From contig JAKPCH010000069.1 of assembly GCA_029553375.1 (NCBI GenBank), positions 2,972 through 66,971 on the forward strand: a stretch of DNA of 64,000 bases, written 5' to 3'. The notes below the pieces were generated by a model, which was not told the origin of the DNA, made no database searches, and saw only the letters and a program-made list of their open reading frames with translations. This stretch comes from Deltaproteobacteria bacterium. GTDB taxonomy: Bacteria; Desulfobacterota; Syntrophia; Syntrophales; UBA8958. How positions within the stretch are numbered: the stretch's first letter is position 1; each line of letters starts with the position of its first letter. Below are positions 9,031 to 19,333 of the stretch, one piece after another. The translations under genes were made by a program, and so were the position numbers.

Positions 9031-9684
9031 ATGAGAATCATTCTGTTGGGCGCCCCGGGGGCCGGCAAGGGGACGGTGGCGAAGTTGCTCAGCCAGATCG
9101 ACGGCTCTGTGCATATTTCGACGGGGGACATCCTGCGGGCGGCCATCAAGGAAGGCACCGAGCTGGGCATGAAGGCCAAGGCGTACATGGAGAGGGGGGA
9201 TCTCGTCCCCGATGAGCTCGTCATGCTCATGATGGAGGACCGGCTGCGCCGGCCCGATACCGACAAGGGTTTCATCCTCGACGGGTTCCCCCGGACGATA
9301 CCCCAGGCCGAGGCCCTGGAGGGGCTCTTGAAGCGTCTGGGCAAGGAACTCGATTTCGTGGCCAATCTCGAGGTGGAGAGGGAGGTCATCATCGACCGCC
9401 TGACGACGAGGCGGACGTGCTCCAACCCCGACTGTCAGGAGATCTACAACGTCAAGAGCAATCCCCCCCTACCGGACGGCACCTGTCGCAAGTGCGGCAG
9501 CCCCACGGTCCAGCGGGAGGACGAGACGGAAGAGGCCATCGCCAACCGCCTGGCGACCTACCAGGCCAAGACGGCGCCCCTCATCGATTACTATGCCCGA
9601 AAGGGCCTCCTGAAGAACTACAGGTCCGTAAGCAGCGCCGAGACCGTCGAGGCCGTCAAGAGGGATCTGACCCTCCGTCCGTGA
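9031..9684 (+). CDS. adk: Adenylate kinase (long form with Zn-finger lid)
   Basis: MRIILLGAPGAGKGT P-loop. The lid carries the cysteines CSNPDCQ...CRKCG. Confidence 0.95.
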   Translation: MRIILLGAPGAGKGTVAKLLSQIDGSVHISTGDILRAAIKEGTELGMKAKAYMERGDLVPDELVMLMMEDRLRRPDTDKGFILDGFPRTIPQAEALEGLLKRLGKELDFVANLEVEREVIIDRLTTRRTCSNPDCQEIYNVKSNPPLPDGTCRKCGSPTVQREDETEEAIANRLATYQAKTAPLIDYYARKGLLKNYRSVSSAETVEAVKRDLTLRP

Positions 9685-11642
9685 GGGTACCCGTGATCCC
9701 CTACGAGCGGGAGCTCAACGAGGAGCAGCTCTGTGTCGTCCTGGAGGGGGAGGGTCCCCTCCTGGTCCTGGCCGGCGCCGGCAGCGGCAAGACCCGGACC
9801 CTCATCTACCGGGTGGCGAGGCTCATCGAGACGGGTATACCTCCCTGGCGCATCGTCCTGGCCACCTTCACCAACAAGGCGGCCCGAGCCATGCTCACCC
9901 GGGTGGCGCAGCTCGTCCCCCACGAGGCGGGGAGCCTCTGGGGCGGTACCTTCCACCACCTCGGGCACCGCATCCTCAGGCGACACTGCCAGAGGCTGGG
10001 GTATGAGCAGAATTTCACCATCCTCGACGCGGAGGACGCGGTGTCCTTCGTCGGGGCCTGTATCTCCGAGGTGATCGCCCATAAACAGGCGCGGTTCCCC
10101 AAGAAGGACGTCCTTCTGGGGATCATGAGCCTGGCCGTGAATACCGGGACGCCCCTGGAAGAGGTGATCAACTCCCGGTATCCCTATTTCCTGACCTACC
10201 TGGACGACATCAGGGCCGTGGCGGAACTCTACGGACGCCGGAAGCGGGAACAGAACGTCATGGATTTCGACGATCTCCTCCTCAACTGGCGGCGCCTCTT
10301 TCTCGAGTGCCCCGACATCGGCGATGAGTACCGCCGGCGGTTCCTCCACATCCTCGTCGACGAGTACCAGGACACCAACGCCCTTCAGGGGGAGCTGACG
10401 GACCTTCTCGGCAAAGGTCATCGCAACCTCATGGTCGTGGGCGACGACGCCCAGAGCATCTATGCCTTTCGGGGGGCGAATTACGAAAACATCCTCAGCT
10501 TTCCCCGGCGATACCCCGATTGCCGGATCTTCCGTCTCGAGACCAATTACCGCAGCACCCCGGAGATCCTTCGCCTGGCCAATCTCAGCATCGAGAAAAA
10601 CGTGCGGCAATTCCCCAAGGTCCTGCGGCCCGTCCGGGCGCCGGGGCTGAAGCCGGTCCTCGTTTCCCTGCGCAACGCCGAGGATCAGGCCCAGTTCGCG
10701 GCGCAACTGATCGCGGAGAAGATCTCCTCCGGCATCGAGCCCAATCAGATCGCCGTCCTCTATCGAGCCCACTACCAGGCCCTGGAGGTCCAGCTGACCC
10801 TCAACCACCGCGGGGTGGCCTACGAGCTGCGATCCGGTTTGAGGTTCTTCGAACAGGCCCACGTCAAGGACATGGTGGCCTATCTGCGGATCCTGGACAA
10901 CGGCCGGGACGAGTTGTCCTGGAAGAGGGTCCTGTTGCAGTACGGAGGGGTGGGGCGGGTGACGGCGGAGAAAATCTGGCGTTATCTTTCCGAAGCGCCC
11001 GCGCCCCTGGGTTACTTTCTCGGCGACGAGATCCTCCGCGTGGTTCCGAGGGGGGCGAGGGGGGGTATATCGTCCTGCCGCCGCACCCTTGACGCCGCCC
11101 TGAGGGCCTCCCCGGAGGGCAGGCCGGCCGTGTTGATCGACGCCGTCCTCAAGGACGGTTACGAGACCTACCTGCAGGAGAATTACGCCGACGCCCTCTC
11201 CCGCCTCGACGACCTGGCCCAGCTGGCGGCCTTCGCCGATCGTTTCTCGTCCCTGACGGAGTTCCTCGGCGAGGTGGCCCTGCAGACGAGCCGCGCCGAG
11301 GTCGGGGAAGACGGGGAGACGGGAAGGGAAGGGAAGGTCGTCCTGAGCACCATCCACCAGGCAAAAGGCCTGGAGTGGCGGATCGTCGTGATCCTGTGGT
11401 GCGTCGACGGCATGTTGCCCCTGGCCCGCTCCCTCCAGGAACCGGCGGGGGAAGAGGAGGAGAGGCGCCTTTTCTACGTGGCCGTCACCCGGGCGAAGGA
11501 GGAGTTGTACCTCTGCCGGCCCGTCGTGTCCTACCGACGGGGCATCGGACACGAACAGACGCGCCTCTCCCGCTTCCTTGCGGAGGTTGCCCCCTCGCCC
11601 TATGACCGGGACGCCCCCTACGAGGTGTGGCGGGTCGAATAG
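9681..11642 (+). CDS. UvrD/Rep/PcrA-family ATP-dependent DNA helicase
   Basis: ORF 9417..11642 trimmed to GTG 9681, which forms a GTGA overlap with the adk stop; GTG 9693 is an alternative. Motifs present: AGAGSGKT, DEYQDTN, VVGDDAQSIYAFRGA, TIHQAKGLEW and YVAVTRAKE. Confidence 0.85.
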   Translation: MRVPVIPYERELNEEQLCVVLEGEGPLLVLAGAGSGKTRTLIYRVARLIETGIPPWRIVLATFTNKAARAMLTRVAQLVPHEAGSLWGGTFHHLGHRILRRHCQRLGYEQNFTILDAEDAVSFVGACISEVIAHKQARFPKKDVLLGIMSLAVNTGTPLEEVINSRYPYFLTYLDDIRAVAELYGRRKREQNVMDFDDLLLNWRRLFLECPDIGDEYRRRFLHILVDEYQDTNALQGELTDLLGKGHRNLMVVGDDAQSIYAFRGANYENILSFPRRYPDCRIFRLETNYRSTPEILRLANLSIEKNVRQFPKVLRPVRAPGLKPVLVSLRNAEDQAQFAAQLIAEKISSGIEPNQIAVLYRAHYQALEVQLTLNHRGVAYELRSGLRFFEQAHVKDMVAYLRILDNGRDELSWKRVLLQYGGVGRVTAEKIWRYLSEAPAPLGYFLGDEILRVVPRGARGGISSCRRTLDAALRASPEGRPAVLIDAVLKDGYETYLQENYADALSRLDDLAQLAAFADRFSSLTEFLGEVALQTSRAEVGEDGETGREGKVVLSTIHQAKGLEWRIVVILWCVDGMLPLARSLQEPAGEEEERRLFYVAVTRAKEELYLCRPVVSYRRGIGHEQTRLSRFLAEVAPSPYDRDAPYEVWRVE

Positions 11643-11652
11643 CAAAGAGACG

Positions 11653-13542
11653 TCAGATCCAGCGCTCCGACCTCTGCCTCTGTTCGTACTCCTCCCTCAA
11701 GGCGATCTGGGTCGCCTCGGCGATGTCCTCCACCCGTTTGACCCAGTCCTCGAATTTGATATCCACGCCGAAGATGCCCACCATCTCGTCCCGCTCGTCC
11801 ATGATGGGGGCCGAGACGGTGATACACAAGGCGCCCGTCATCTTGGAGATGTAGAAGTTCGTGACGTGGATCTTCCCCGTCTGGAGAGGCTTGATGAACC
11901 ACTCCCGGTCCGACTGGTCGGTGCCCACCCCGTAGTTCTCGTACTTGGCCCGGTCGGCGATGTTGGTGATGTTCCTCGTGATCTTCCGACCGTTCATGTC
12001 CACGACGTAGGCGAACTGGATGGAGGGGTTCTCCTCGATACACTGCTGCATGATGGGCTCCTGAAGCTCGGGCTTCATGGTCTTCATCACGGGGTGTTCG
12101 ATCACCTGCTTGACGACGGAGACGGCCGCCTCGGCGGCACGGTGCTTGATCTTGTCCAGGTCGGACATGAAGAGCTCGGGCAGGTACTTGCGGACCCGCC
12201 TTTCCATCTCTTCGTTGGAGATGCTCGTCACACGCCCCTGCTCGTACTGATCCATTATCCACTTGTGGATCTTCGAGATGCCGGGGTGGCGCTTGTCGAC
12301 GGCGTTTTCCCCCGTGAGGCCGAGGTGGGAGTTGATCCAGAAGGCGATGCCCGCCTTGCCCGACTTGTCCGTGATCATGGGGACGATGGGGCGCTTGAGG
12401 ATCTTGGTCGTGTCGAAGATGTTGTAGATCTCCTCGTTCTTGATCAGGCCGTCCACGTGGATGCCCGCCCTGGTCACGTTGAAATCGGCCCCGACGAAGG
12501 GGTAGTTGGCGGGGATCTTGTAACCGATCTCCTTCTCGAAGTACCTGGCGATGTCGGTGATCACCGTCGTGTCTATCCCGTCGTGGCTCCCCTTGAGGCC
12601 TATGTACTCCATGATCAGGCCCTCGAGGGGGGGGTTGCCCGTCCTCTCTCCGAGACCCAGGAGGGTACCGTTGGCGGCGGCGCAACCGTACAGCCAGGCC
12701 GTCGTGGCGTTGATCAGGGCCTTGTGGAAGTCGTTGTGACCGTGCCACTCGAGGAGATGACCGGGCACGCCCGCCTCCTCGATGAAGGCCCGCACGAGCT
12801 TGTCCACGCTCCGGGGCAGGGAGGCGCCGGGATAGGTGACGCCGTAGCCCATGGTGTCGCAGAGGCGTATCTTGACGTCTATCCCCGATGACTCGCGGAT
12901 TTTCATCAGTTCCAGGGCGAAGGGGATGCAGAAACCGTAGATGTCGGCCCTCGTGATGTCCTCGAAGTGGCAGCGCGGGACGATGCCGGCCTCGATGATG
13001 GCCCGGACGATATCCAGGTATTCCTCCATGGCCTGCCGCCGCGTCTTGTTCATCTTCAGGAAGATGTGGTAGTCAGACACGGACGTCAGGATCCCCGTCT
13101 CTTTGAGGCCCGCCTCCTTTACCAGGGGGATGTCCTCCCGGCTGGCCCTGATCCAGCCCGTGATCTCGGGATAGGTGAATCCCCTGGCCTGGCACTGGGC
13201 CACGGCCTCCCGGTCCTTATTGCTGTAGAGGAAGAACTCGGTCTGACGGATCACCCCCTCCTCGCCCCCCAGGTGGTGCATGAAGGTGTAGAGATCGACG
13301 ATCTGCTTCACCGTGTACGGGGGCCGGGCCTGCTGGCCGTCGCGGAAGGTCGTGTCGGTAATGAAGAAATCCTCCGCCGGGCTGATGGCGATGATACGGT
13401 GATCGAAGTCTATCCGGGAGACCTCGTCGTAGGGGAACACCTCCTTCTGCAGGTTGGGTTCCTCCACATCCTTGAGTTCATGACGCCAGAACTTGGTGTG
13501 TTCATGGTCCAAGACCCTTTTCGAGGGGTTCCATCTTGCCAT
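11653..13542 (-). CDS. HMGL-like (DRE-TIM) Claisen-condensing synthase of the homocitrate / Re-citrate / isopropylmalate synthase family, fused to a C-terminal Cache-like domain
   Basis: The ORF track start at 13563 is TTG; I prefer ATG 13542 (MARWNPSKR) with AAGGAG 9 nt upstream. N-terminal motifs are ITDTTFRDGQQA, CHFEDITRAD and EWHGHNDFH. The last roughly 150 aa (QFAYVVDMNGRKITRNI...SDREWFIKPLQTGKIHVTNFYISKMTGALCITVSAPIMDERDEMVGIFGVDIKF) match the Cache/PDC sensor pattern. No TM segment is present. Confidence 0.85.
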   Translation of the reverse strand: MARWNPSKRVLDHEHTKFWRHELKDVEEPNLQKEVFPYDEVSRIDFDHRIIAISPAEDFFITDTTFRDGQQARPPYTVKQIVDLYTFMHHLGGEEGVIRQTEFFLYSNKDREAVAQCQARGFTYPEITGWIRASREDIPLVKEAGLKETGILTSVSDYHIFLKMNKTRRQAMEEYLDIVRAIIEAGIVPRCHFEDITRADIYGFCIPFALELMKIRESSGIDVKIRLCDTMGYGVTYPGASLPRSVDKLVRAFIEEAGVPGHLLEWHGHNDFHKALINATTAWLYGCAAANGTLLGLGERTGNPPLEGLIMEYIGLKGSHDGIDTTVITDIARYFEKEIGYKIPANYPFVGADFNVTRAGIHVDGLIKNEEIYNIFDTTKILKRPIVPMITDKSGKAGIAFWINSHLGLTGENAVDKRHPGISKIHKWIMDQYEQGRVTSISNEEMERRVRKYLPELFMSDLDKIKHRAAEAAVSVVKQVIEHPVMKTMKPELQEPIMQQCIEENPSIQFAYVVDMNGRKITRNITNIADRAKYENYGVGTDQSDREWFIKPLQTGKIHVTNFYISKMTGALCITVSAPIMDERDEMVGIFGVDIKFEDWVKRVEDIAEATQIALREEYEQRQRSERWI

Positions 13543-13561
13543 TTCTGTCTGCTCCTTCTTC

Positions 13562-13599
13562 AAAAAAAGGGGGGCGCCCGGTTGCCCCAGGCGCCCCCC
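13562..13599 (-). terminator. Intrinsic terminator (10-bp GC stem plus T7) abutting the RBS of the synthase gene
   Basis: The minus strand reads GGGGGGCGCC-TGGGGCAACCG-GGCGCCCCCC TTTTTTT, followed immediately by GAAGAAGGAG and the ATG at 13542. Confidence 0.7.
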
Positions 13600-13752
13600 G
13601 AAAGATCTCGTCTTTCGGCTTCAGGTACTGGAGGTCGCCTGGATAGGCAAGAGGCGCTGGTTCAACGCCTTCTCCTGTCCATGTTCCGGGCGCCGTTCCG
13701 CGGGGTTCTCCGTCGGGATTATAAGAGGCAGTTCTACTCTCATACGGGACCC

Positions 13753-13781
13753 TAAATATCTTTATCTTAGTGCCTTGTCAA
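13753..13781 (-). promoter_or_regulatory. Sigma70-like promoter candidate for the synthase leader
   Basis: On the minus strand: TTGACA (13781-13776), a 17-nt spacer and TATTTA (13758-13753). It starts 16 nt after the aspS stop. Confidence 0.4.
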
Positions 13782-13796
13782 CAAGAATTCTTCCCT

Positions 13797-15557
13797 TCAG
13801 GTAACGATTTTCAGGGACAGCTCCAGGAGCTGTTCGACGGAAACCCGCGACGGCGCGTCGGTGAGGAGACAGGCGGCCTTCTGGGTCTTGGGGAAGGCGA
13901 TGACGTCCCGAATGGAATCGGCGCCCGTCATGAGCATGACCAGACGGTCGAAGCCGAAGGCGATGCCGCCGTGGGGAGGGGTGCCGTACTCCAGGGCGTC
14001 GAGGAGGAAGCCGAACTTCACCCTCGTCTCCTCCTGGGACAGGCCGAGGGCGTCGAAGATCCGGGCCTGCACCTTGCGGTCGTGGATCCGGATGCTGCCG
14101 CCGCCTATCTCCGAGCCGTTGAGGACGAGGTCGTAGGCCCGGGCCCGCACCCGTCCCGGATCGGTCTCGAGATAGGGCAAGTCTTCGTAATAGGGCGAGG
14201 TGAAGGGATGATGGGTGGAGACGAACCGTTTCTCCGTCTCGCTGTACTCGAAGAGGGGAAACTCGGTGATCCAGGTGAAGGCGAAGTCGTCCTTCCTGAT
14301 CAGGTCCAGCTTCCTGGCGACGTGGAGGCGCAGATTCCCCAGGGATTCGTGAACCACGGCGGGGATATCGGCGACGAAGACGATCAGGTCCCCCTCCCGG
14401 GCGGCTGTCTTCTCCTCCACCCCTTTCGTCTCCCCCTCGTTGAGGAATTTCGCGATGGGAGAGGTCCAGCCTTCCTTCTGGATCCGCGCCCAGGCCAGGC
14501 CCTTGGCCCCGTATTCGCTCACGTAATCCCGCAGGCCGTCGAGGTCCTTCCGGGACAGACGGCGGTCGTCCTCTATCCTCATGGCCTTGATGATCCCGCC
14601 CCCCTCGACGGTCTCGCGGAAGAGCTGGAAGGCCGTTTCCCGGAACAGGTCGGTTACGTCGACCATTTCCATCCCGAAACGGGTGTCGGGATTGTCCTTG
14701 CCGTACCGGGCGAGGGCCTCCCGGTAGGGGAGACGGGGAAAGGGCGTCTTCAGTTCGACGCCGAGGCACGCCGAGAAGAGATGGGCCATGTAACCTTCCA
14801 TGGTGCGGATGATGTCGTCCTCGTCGATGAAGGACATCTCGATATCCACCTGGGTGAACTCGGGCTGCCTGTCGGCCCGGAGGTCCTCGTCGCGGAAGCA
14901 CTTGACGATCTGGTAGTACCGGTCGAAACCGGCCACCATGAGGAGCTGCTTGAAGATCTGGGGTGACTGGGGCAGGGCGTAAAACGTCCCCGGGTTGATG
15001 CGGCTCGGCACCAGGTAGTCCCGGGCGCCCTCGGGGGTGCTCTTGGTCAGGAAGGGGGTCTCGACCTCGATGAAGCCCTCGCGATGGAAGTACTCCCTCG
15101 TGGCCGCCGCCGCCCGACTGCGGAGAAAGAGATTCCTCTGCAGCTCCGGCCTTCTCAGATCGAGATAGCGGTATCTGAGGCGGACGTTTTCCGCGACCTC
15201 CGTACCGCCCTCGATCATGAAGGGGGGCGTTTTGGCCTCGTTCAGGATCGCCAGCTCTTCCACCATCACCTCGAGGTCCCCCGTCTTCATGTTCGGGTTC
15301 TCCATCCCCTCGGGGCGTTTCCTCACCAGACCGCGGCAGGCCAGGACGTACTCGCTCCGGATCCGGTGGGCCTCCCGATGGGCCTCCGAACTGACCTCGG
15401 GGTTGAATACCACCTGGACCAGGCCGGTCCTGTCCCTCAGGTCCACGAAGATGACGCCGCCATGGTCGCGGCGCCGATGAACCCAGCCCATGAGGACCAC
15501 CTCTTTGCCCGCTTCCGCGAGGGAAACCTCTCCACAGTAATGAGTCCTTTTTCTCAC
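13797..15557 (-). CDS. aspS: Aspartate--tRNA ligase
   Basis: 586-aa ORF. It shows an OB-fold N-terminus ([23 protein letters not shown]) and class II motifs ([33 protein letters not shown]). Confidence 0.95.
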   Translation of the reverse strand: MRKRTHYCGEVSLAEAGKEVVLMGWVHRRRDHGGVIFVDLRDRTGLVQVVFNPEVSSEAHREAHRIRSEYVLACRGLVRKRPEGMENPNMKTGDLEVMVEELAILNEAKTPPFMIEGGTEVAENVRLRYRYLDLRRPELQRNLFLRSRAAAATREYFHREGFIEVETPFLTKSTPEGARDYLVPSRINPGTFYALPQSPQIFKQLLMVAGFDRYYQIVKCFRDEDLRADRQPEFTQVDIEMSFIDEDDIIRTMEGYMAHLFSACLGVELKTPFPRLPYREALARYGKDNPDTRFGMEMVDVTDLFRETAFQLFRETVEGGGIIKAMRIEDDRRLSRKDLDGLRDYVSEYGAKGLAWARIQKEGWTSPIAKFLNEGETKGVEEKTAAREGDLIVFVADIPAVVHESLGNLRLHVARKLDLIRKDDFAFTWITEFPLFEYSETEKRFVSTHHPFTSPYYEDLPYLETDPGRVRARAYDLVLNGSEIGGGSIRIHDRKVQARIFDALGLSQEETRVKFGFLLDALEYGTPPHGGIAFGFDRLVMLMTGADSIRDVIAFPKTQKAACLLTDAPSRVSVEQLLELSLKIVT

Positions 15558-16819
15558 TTTGACCTCTCCGTATAAGTGGCGAAGATGAAATCATCCAGGG
15601 TCTTCAAATCGATCTGCCTCTGGTCTCCCCCCTCCATGTCCCGCCAGATGGCCCGGCCCTCGTCGAGTTCCCGGTCTCCCAGGATGACGGCAAAGGGACA
15701 GCCGAGTTTGTCCGCCCTCTTCAGCTGGGCCTTGAGGCCTTTGCCCGAGTAATCGGTCTCCGCCCAGACGCCCCTCAGGCGCAGGCGGTTACAGATCAGA
15801 TAGGCCGTCTCCTGGGCCCGTTCCCCCAGGGCGGCGAGGAAGACGAAGGGCTCCTCCCCGGCACCGTCGGGCGGCATGAGGGACAAGAGCCTCTCCATGC
15901 CGACGGCGAACCCGATCCCCGGCACGTCGGGACCGCCCAAGGTCCGGATGAGGCCGTCGTAGCGCCCCCCGCCCGCCACGGCGTTCTGGGCCCCCAGGAG
16001 GGTCGTGGTGACCTCGAAGGCCGTCTTCGTGTAGTAGTCAAGGCCCCGCACCATTTTGGGGTTCAGGCGGTGCCGCAGGGAGAAAAGCTCGAGATAACGG
16101 CAAAAATCGTCGAAATGGCGCTTACAGTCGGGGCAGAGGTAATCGGGGATGAGGGGCGCGTCGGCGACGATCTCTCCACAGCCGGGGACCTTGCAATCAA
16201 AGGTACGCAGGGGGTTCGTATCGAGACGGCGGCGGCAGTCCGGGCAGAGGTCGCCCTCCCTCCCCTTGAGATGAGCCACGACGGCCGCCCGGAAGGAGGG
16301 GCGGCACCGGGGGCAGCCGAGGGAATTGACCTCGATCTCGTAGTCCTCGATCCGGACCTCCCTCAGAAAATGGGCCAGCATGAGGATGAGCTCGGCATCG
16401 ACCCGGGGGTCGTCGAGACCGAGGATCTCGACGTCTATCTGGTGGAACTGGCGGAAACGGCCCTTCTGGGGCCGCTCACGCCGGAACATGGGGCCGATGG
16501 TGTAGAGCTTGGCGACGGGGTCGGCGGCGTAGAGGTGATGTTCGATGTAGGCCCTCATGATCGAGGCCGTGGCCTCGGGGCGGAGGGTCAGGTACTCGTC
16601 CCCCCGGTCCAGGAAGGTGTACATCTCCTTCTCCACGATGTCCGTGGCCTCGCCGATTCCCCGCCGGAAGAGCTCCGTCCGCTCCAGGAGGGGGACGCGG
16701 ATCTCCCGGAAACCGAAGGATGAAAACACGCGCCGCGCCCTTTCTTCGACTTGCCGCCACCTCGGTGTCTCATCCGGCAGGATGTCTTTGAAGCCCTTGA
16801 CCGCCCCTATCGCCTCCAT
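15554..16819 (-). CDS. hisS: Histidine--tRNA ligase
   Basis: 421-aa ORF with motifs [25 protein letters not shown] and GGGRYDGL. Its 3' end overlaps the aspS start by 4 nt. Confidence 0.95.
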   Translation of the reverse strand: MEAIGAVKGFKDILPDETPRWRQVEERARRVFSSFGFREIRVPLLERTELFRRGIGEATDIVEKEMYTFLDRGDEYLTLRPEATASIMRAYIEHHLYAADPVAKLYTIGPMFRRERPQKGRFRQFHQIDVEILGLDDPRVDAELILMLAHFLREVRIEDYEIEVNSLGCPRCRPSFRAAVVAHLKGREGDLCPDCRRRLDTNPLRTFDCKVPGCGEIVADAPLIPDYLCPDCKRHFDDFCRYLELFSLRHRLNPKMVRGLDYYTKTAFEVTTTLLGAQNAVAGGGRYDGLIRTLGGPDVPGIGFAVGMERLLSLMPPDGAGEEPFVFLAALGERAQETAYLICNRLRLRGVWAETDYSGKGLKAQLKRADKLGCPFAVILGDRELDEGRAIWRDMEGGDQRQIDLKTLDDFIFATYTERSK

Positions 16820-16888
16820 GACCGTTCCCCTCTTAAAATGGGCGCATTCCTTAGCATATCGGGTTCACGATGGCAACAGAAAGATCCG

Positions 16889-19318
16889 TCAAGGGCGAAA
16901 GGTGGAGACCGACGGTCTCTCCCTACCCAGCGAGACGGTTATGGCCCCGTCGCGGTCCGTCCGGTAGATCTTGACGCCCCTTTCGCTTAGCCGCTCCAGG
17001 GTCTCTCGGTGGGGGAGGCCGAAGAGGTTTTCCTTCCCCGCGCTGATCAGGGCGACGGCAGGTTTGACTTGATCCAGCAATCTCTCCGAGGTGGCATAAC
17101 GACTTCCGTGATGGCTGACGACGAGGACGTCGGCGCGCAGATCCGGGTTTTGAAGGCAGATCTGTTCTTCCACGCCTCGGGAGATGTCGCCGGGAATCAG
17201 GATGCCCTTGCCCCTCCACGAAAGATGGAGAACGAGGCTTTTGTCGTTGTCGTCTTCCATGTCTCGAGGCGGGGGGTTGAGGACGCGCACGGCCATGCCG
17301 TCGAAGAAAAAGGGCGGCGTATCCGTGTTCAAGCGCCGCGGGACAAGGGCCTTCCTTGTCGTGGCGTCAAGAAAACGAACGAAGGCCTCGGCATCGGAGA
17401 CCGCCCCGTTGGTCCAGACCTCCCGGACCTCGAAGTTCTCGATGATATAGGGGAGGCCGCCGACGTGGTCGGGATGGGGATGGGAGAGGGCGACGGCCCC
17501 GAGGGACCGGACACGCTCATGACGGAGGTAGGGGGAGAGGACATAGCGCCCCACGTCGAAACGATCGTCATAGAATCCGCCGCCGTCGACGAGGAGGGCC
17601 TCCCCCGTGGGTCCCCGGACGAGGACCGCCGTCCCCTGGCCCACGTCGACGGCCGTCACCGTGACGGCCCCCGGGTCTGAGAAGCGGATGTAGAGGGAAT
17701 GGACCGCGAGGGTACAGAATGTCAAAACGGCCAGGCCGACATGGATATAAAAGTTGAAGGAGGCCCTCTTGCCCTTGGCGTCCATGACCATGGCCGCCGC
17801 GTACAGAAAGAGGTACAGAACGGCCACCTCCCACAGGCGGGGTGTGGAGACCCACAGGGATCCGTAGGGGAGGGAAGAGAAGAAGGTGACGAGCTCCACG
17901 GACCTTTCCACGAGCCATCCCGCCGGGAGGAGAAAGAGGGAGGCGATGGTCTCGGAAAGGGGGGCGGTGAAGAGGACGCCCATACCCAAGGGGATGGCGA
18001 GGATACCGAGGAGGGGGACGACCAGGAGATTGGAGAAGAGGGTGACGACGGCGATGCGATTGAAGGAGAAGACGATGATGGGCATGGTACCGACGGCGGC
18101 GGCAAGGGTAACGGCCACGAACTCTCTAAACATCCCCGCCAGCCTGACCCAGAAGGGTGTCAGGCAGGATGCCGGGACCGGCGGGAGGATCTTCAAGAGG
18201 CGGGGGGTGAAGAACAGAATGGACCACACGGCGGCGAAGGACAGCTGGAAGGAGAGATCCCACAGGGCGTGGGGGGAGACGAGGAGGATCGCCAGGGCCG
18301 CCCCGGCCAGGGTGTTGTACAGGTCCCTCATCTTGCCTGCCGTGACGGCCATGATGAACAGTACCATCATGATCGCCGCCCGGACCACGGACACACCGGC
18401 CCCGGCTACGGCCGTGTAGATGATCACGGGGATCACGGCGACGACGAGGGCCGCCTTTCTCCCGTCGAAGAGCAGGAGGAGGCGGGGGAAGAGTCTCAGG
18501 ACGAGACGGACGACGAGGACGGAAAAGAGGGCGACCATGCCGATATTGAAACCGGAGATGGCGATGATATGGGAGGTGCCCGTCGTGTTGAAACGATCCA
18601 TTATCTCCCGCGGGATCTCCCTGGCATCTCCCAGGAGGGAGGCCTGAAGGATCTCGGCCGCGGGGGAGGGGAGGACGTGGCGAATCAGGCCTTTGATCTT
18701 ACGGCGGTATTCTTCCAGCGCCTGTCGGAGGGGATGGCCGGCACCGGAGCGTATGACGACCAGATCGGCCTCCCTCTCTGTGGAGCCCCGGGCCAGGATC
18801 CCGCGATACCGCAGGAAGGAGACGTAATCGAACCCCCCGGGGTTTTGGAAGTTCCGGGGTTTCCTGAGCCGGCTTTGGAGACGGACCACGTCACCGTAAC
18901 GGACGGAGACGGACCGCGGCGCCGAGACGAGGACCTCACCGCGGACGGGGAGGGATCTTTCTCCCTCCAAGACACGGAAGACGGCCACCCTGAGTTCGAC
19001 CCGCTGATTGCCGTAAAGGGGGGTCTCGTCGATGAGACCTTCGACGGTCATCCTGTCCCCCGTCAAGTGGCGGCTGATGTGATCGGGTGGGGGCTCCTTG
19101 TGCAGATAGGTGTTCATGTCCAGAACCCCCGTCCAGAAAAAGATGACATTTATCAGGAACAGGGCCCCGAGGTGCCTTTCCTGCCTGATCGTGGGGAGGA
19201 GTAAGATCATGGCGACGGCCATGACGAAAAGGGGGACCTCGTCGGGGATCTGAAGGTAAGCGGCACAGACGATCCCGCCCGATAGGGACAGGAGGGGCCA
19301 TGTCAAGGGTCTTTTCAT
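16889..19318 (-). CDS. comEC: ComEC/Rec2 DNA internalisation channel protein with C-terminal MBL domain
   Basis: 809-aa polytopic membrane protein. The competence-domain motif TGTSHIIAISGFNIG is present. The C-terminal metallo-beta-lactamase motif is ALSHPHPDHVGG. Confidence 0.9.
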   Translation of the reverse strand: MKRPLTWPLLSLSGGIVCAAYLQIPDEVPLFVMAVAMILLLPTIRQERHLGALFLINVIFFWTGVLDMNTYLHKEPPPDHISRHLTGDRMTVEGLIDETPLYGNQRVELRVAVFRVLEGERSLPVRGEVLVSAPRSVSVRYGDVVRLQSRLRKPRNFQNPGGFDYVSFLRYRGILARGSTEREADLVVIRSGAGHPLRQALEEYRRKIKGLIRHVLPSPAAEILQASLLGDAREIPREIMDRFNTTGTSHIIAISGFNIGMVALFSVLVVRLVLRLFPRLLLLFDGRKAALVVAVIPVIIYTAVAGAGVSVVRAAIMMVLFIMAVTAGKMRDLYNTLAGAALAILLVSPHALWDLSFQLSFAAVWSILFFTPRLLKILPPVPASCLTPFWVRLAGMFREFVAVTLAAAVGTMPIIVFSFNRIAVVTLFSNLLVVPLLGILAIPLGMGVLFTAPLSETIASLFLLPAGWLVERSVELVTFFSSLPYGSLWVSTPRLWEVAVLYLFLYAAAMVMDAKGKRASFNFYIHVGLAVLTFCTLAVHSLYIRFSDPGAVTVTAVDVGQGTAVLVRGPTGEALLVDGGGFYDDRFDVGRYVLSPYLRHERVRSLGAVALSHPHPDHVGGLPYIIENFEVREVWTNGAVSDAEAFVRFLDATTRKALVPRRLNTDTPPFFFDGMAVRVLNPPPRDMEDDNDKSLVLHLSWRGKGILIPGDISRGVEEQICLQNPDLRADVLVVSHHGSRYATSERLLDQVKPAVALISAGKENLFGLPHRETLERLSERGVKIYRTDRDGAITVSLGRERPSVSTFRP

Positions 19319-19333
19319 GGGCGGGATATATAG

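Noticed and set aside
13572-13590. CGCCTGGGGCA in the synthase leader, resembling the 3' pseudoknot element of ZTP (pfl) riboswitches
   Set aside because: The upstream GGGUCGUGACUGGCG-type subdomain is absent. The downstream gene is unrelated to purine or folate metabolism. The motif is simply part of the terminator loop and stem.
13621-13743. 40-codon ORF (MRVELPLIIPTENPAERRPEHGQEKALNQRLLPIQATSST) in the synthase leader as a possible leader peptide
   Set aside because: It has no run of any regulatory amino acid. Its ATG would sit 2-3 nt from the predicted transcription start, and it has no SD.
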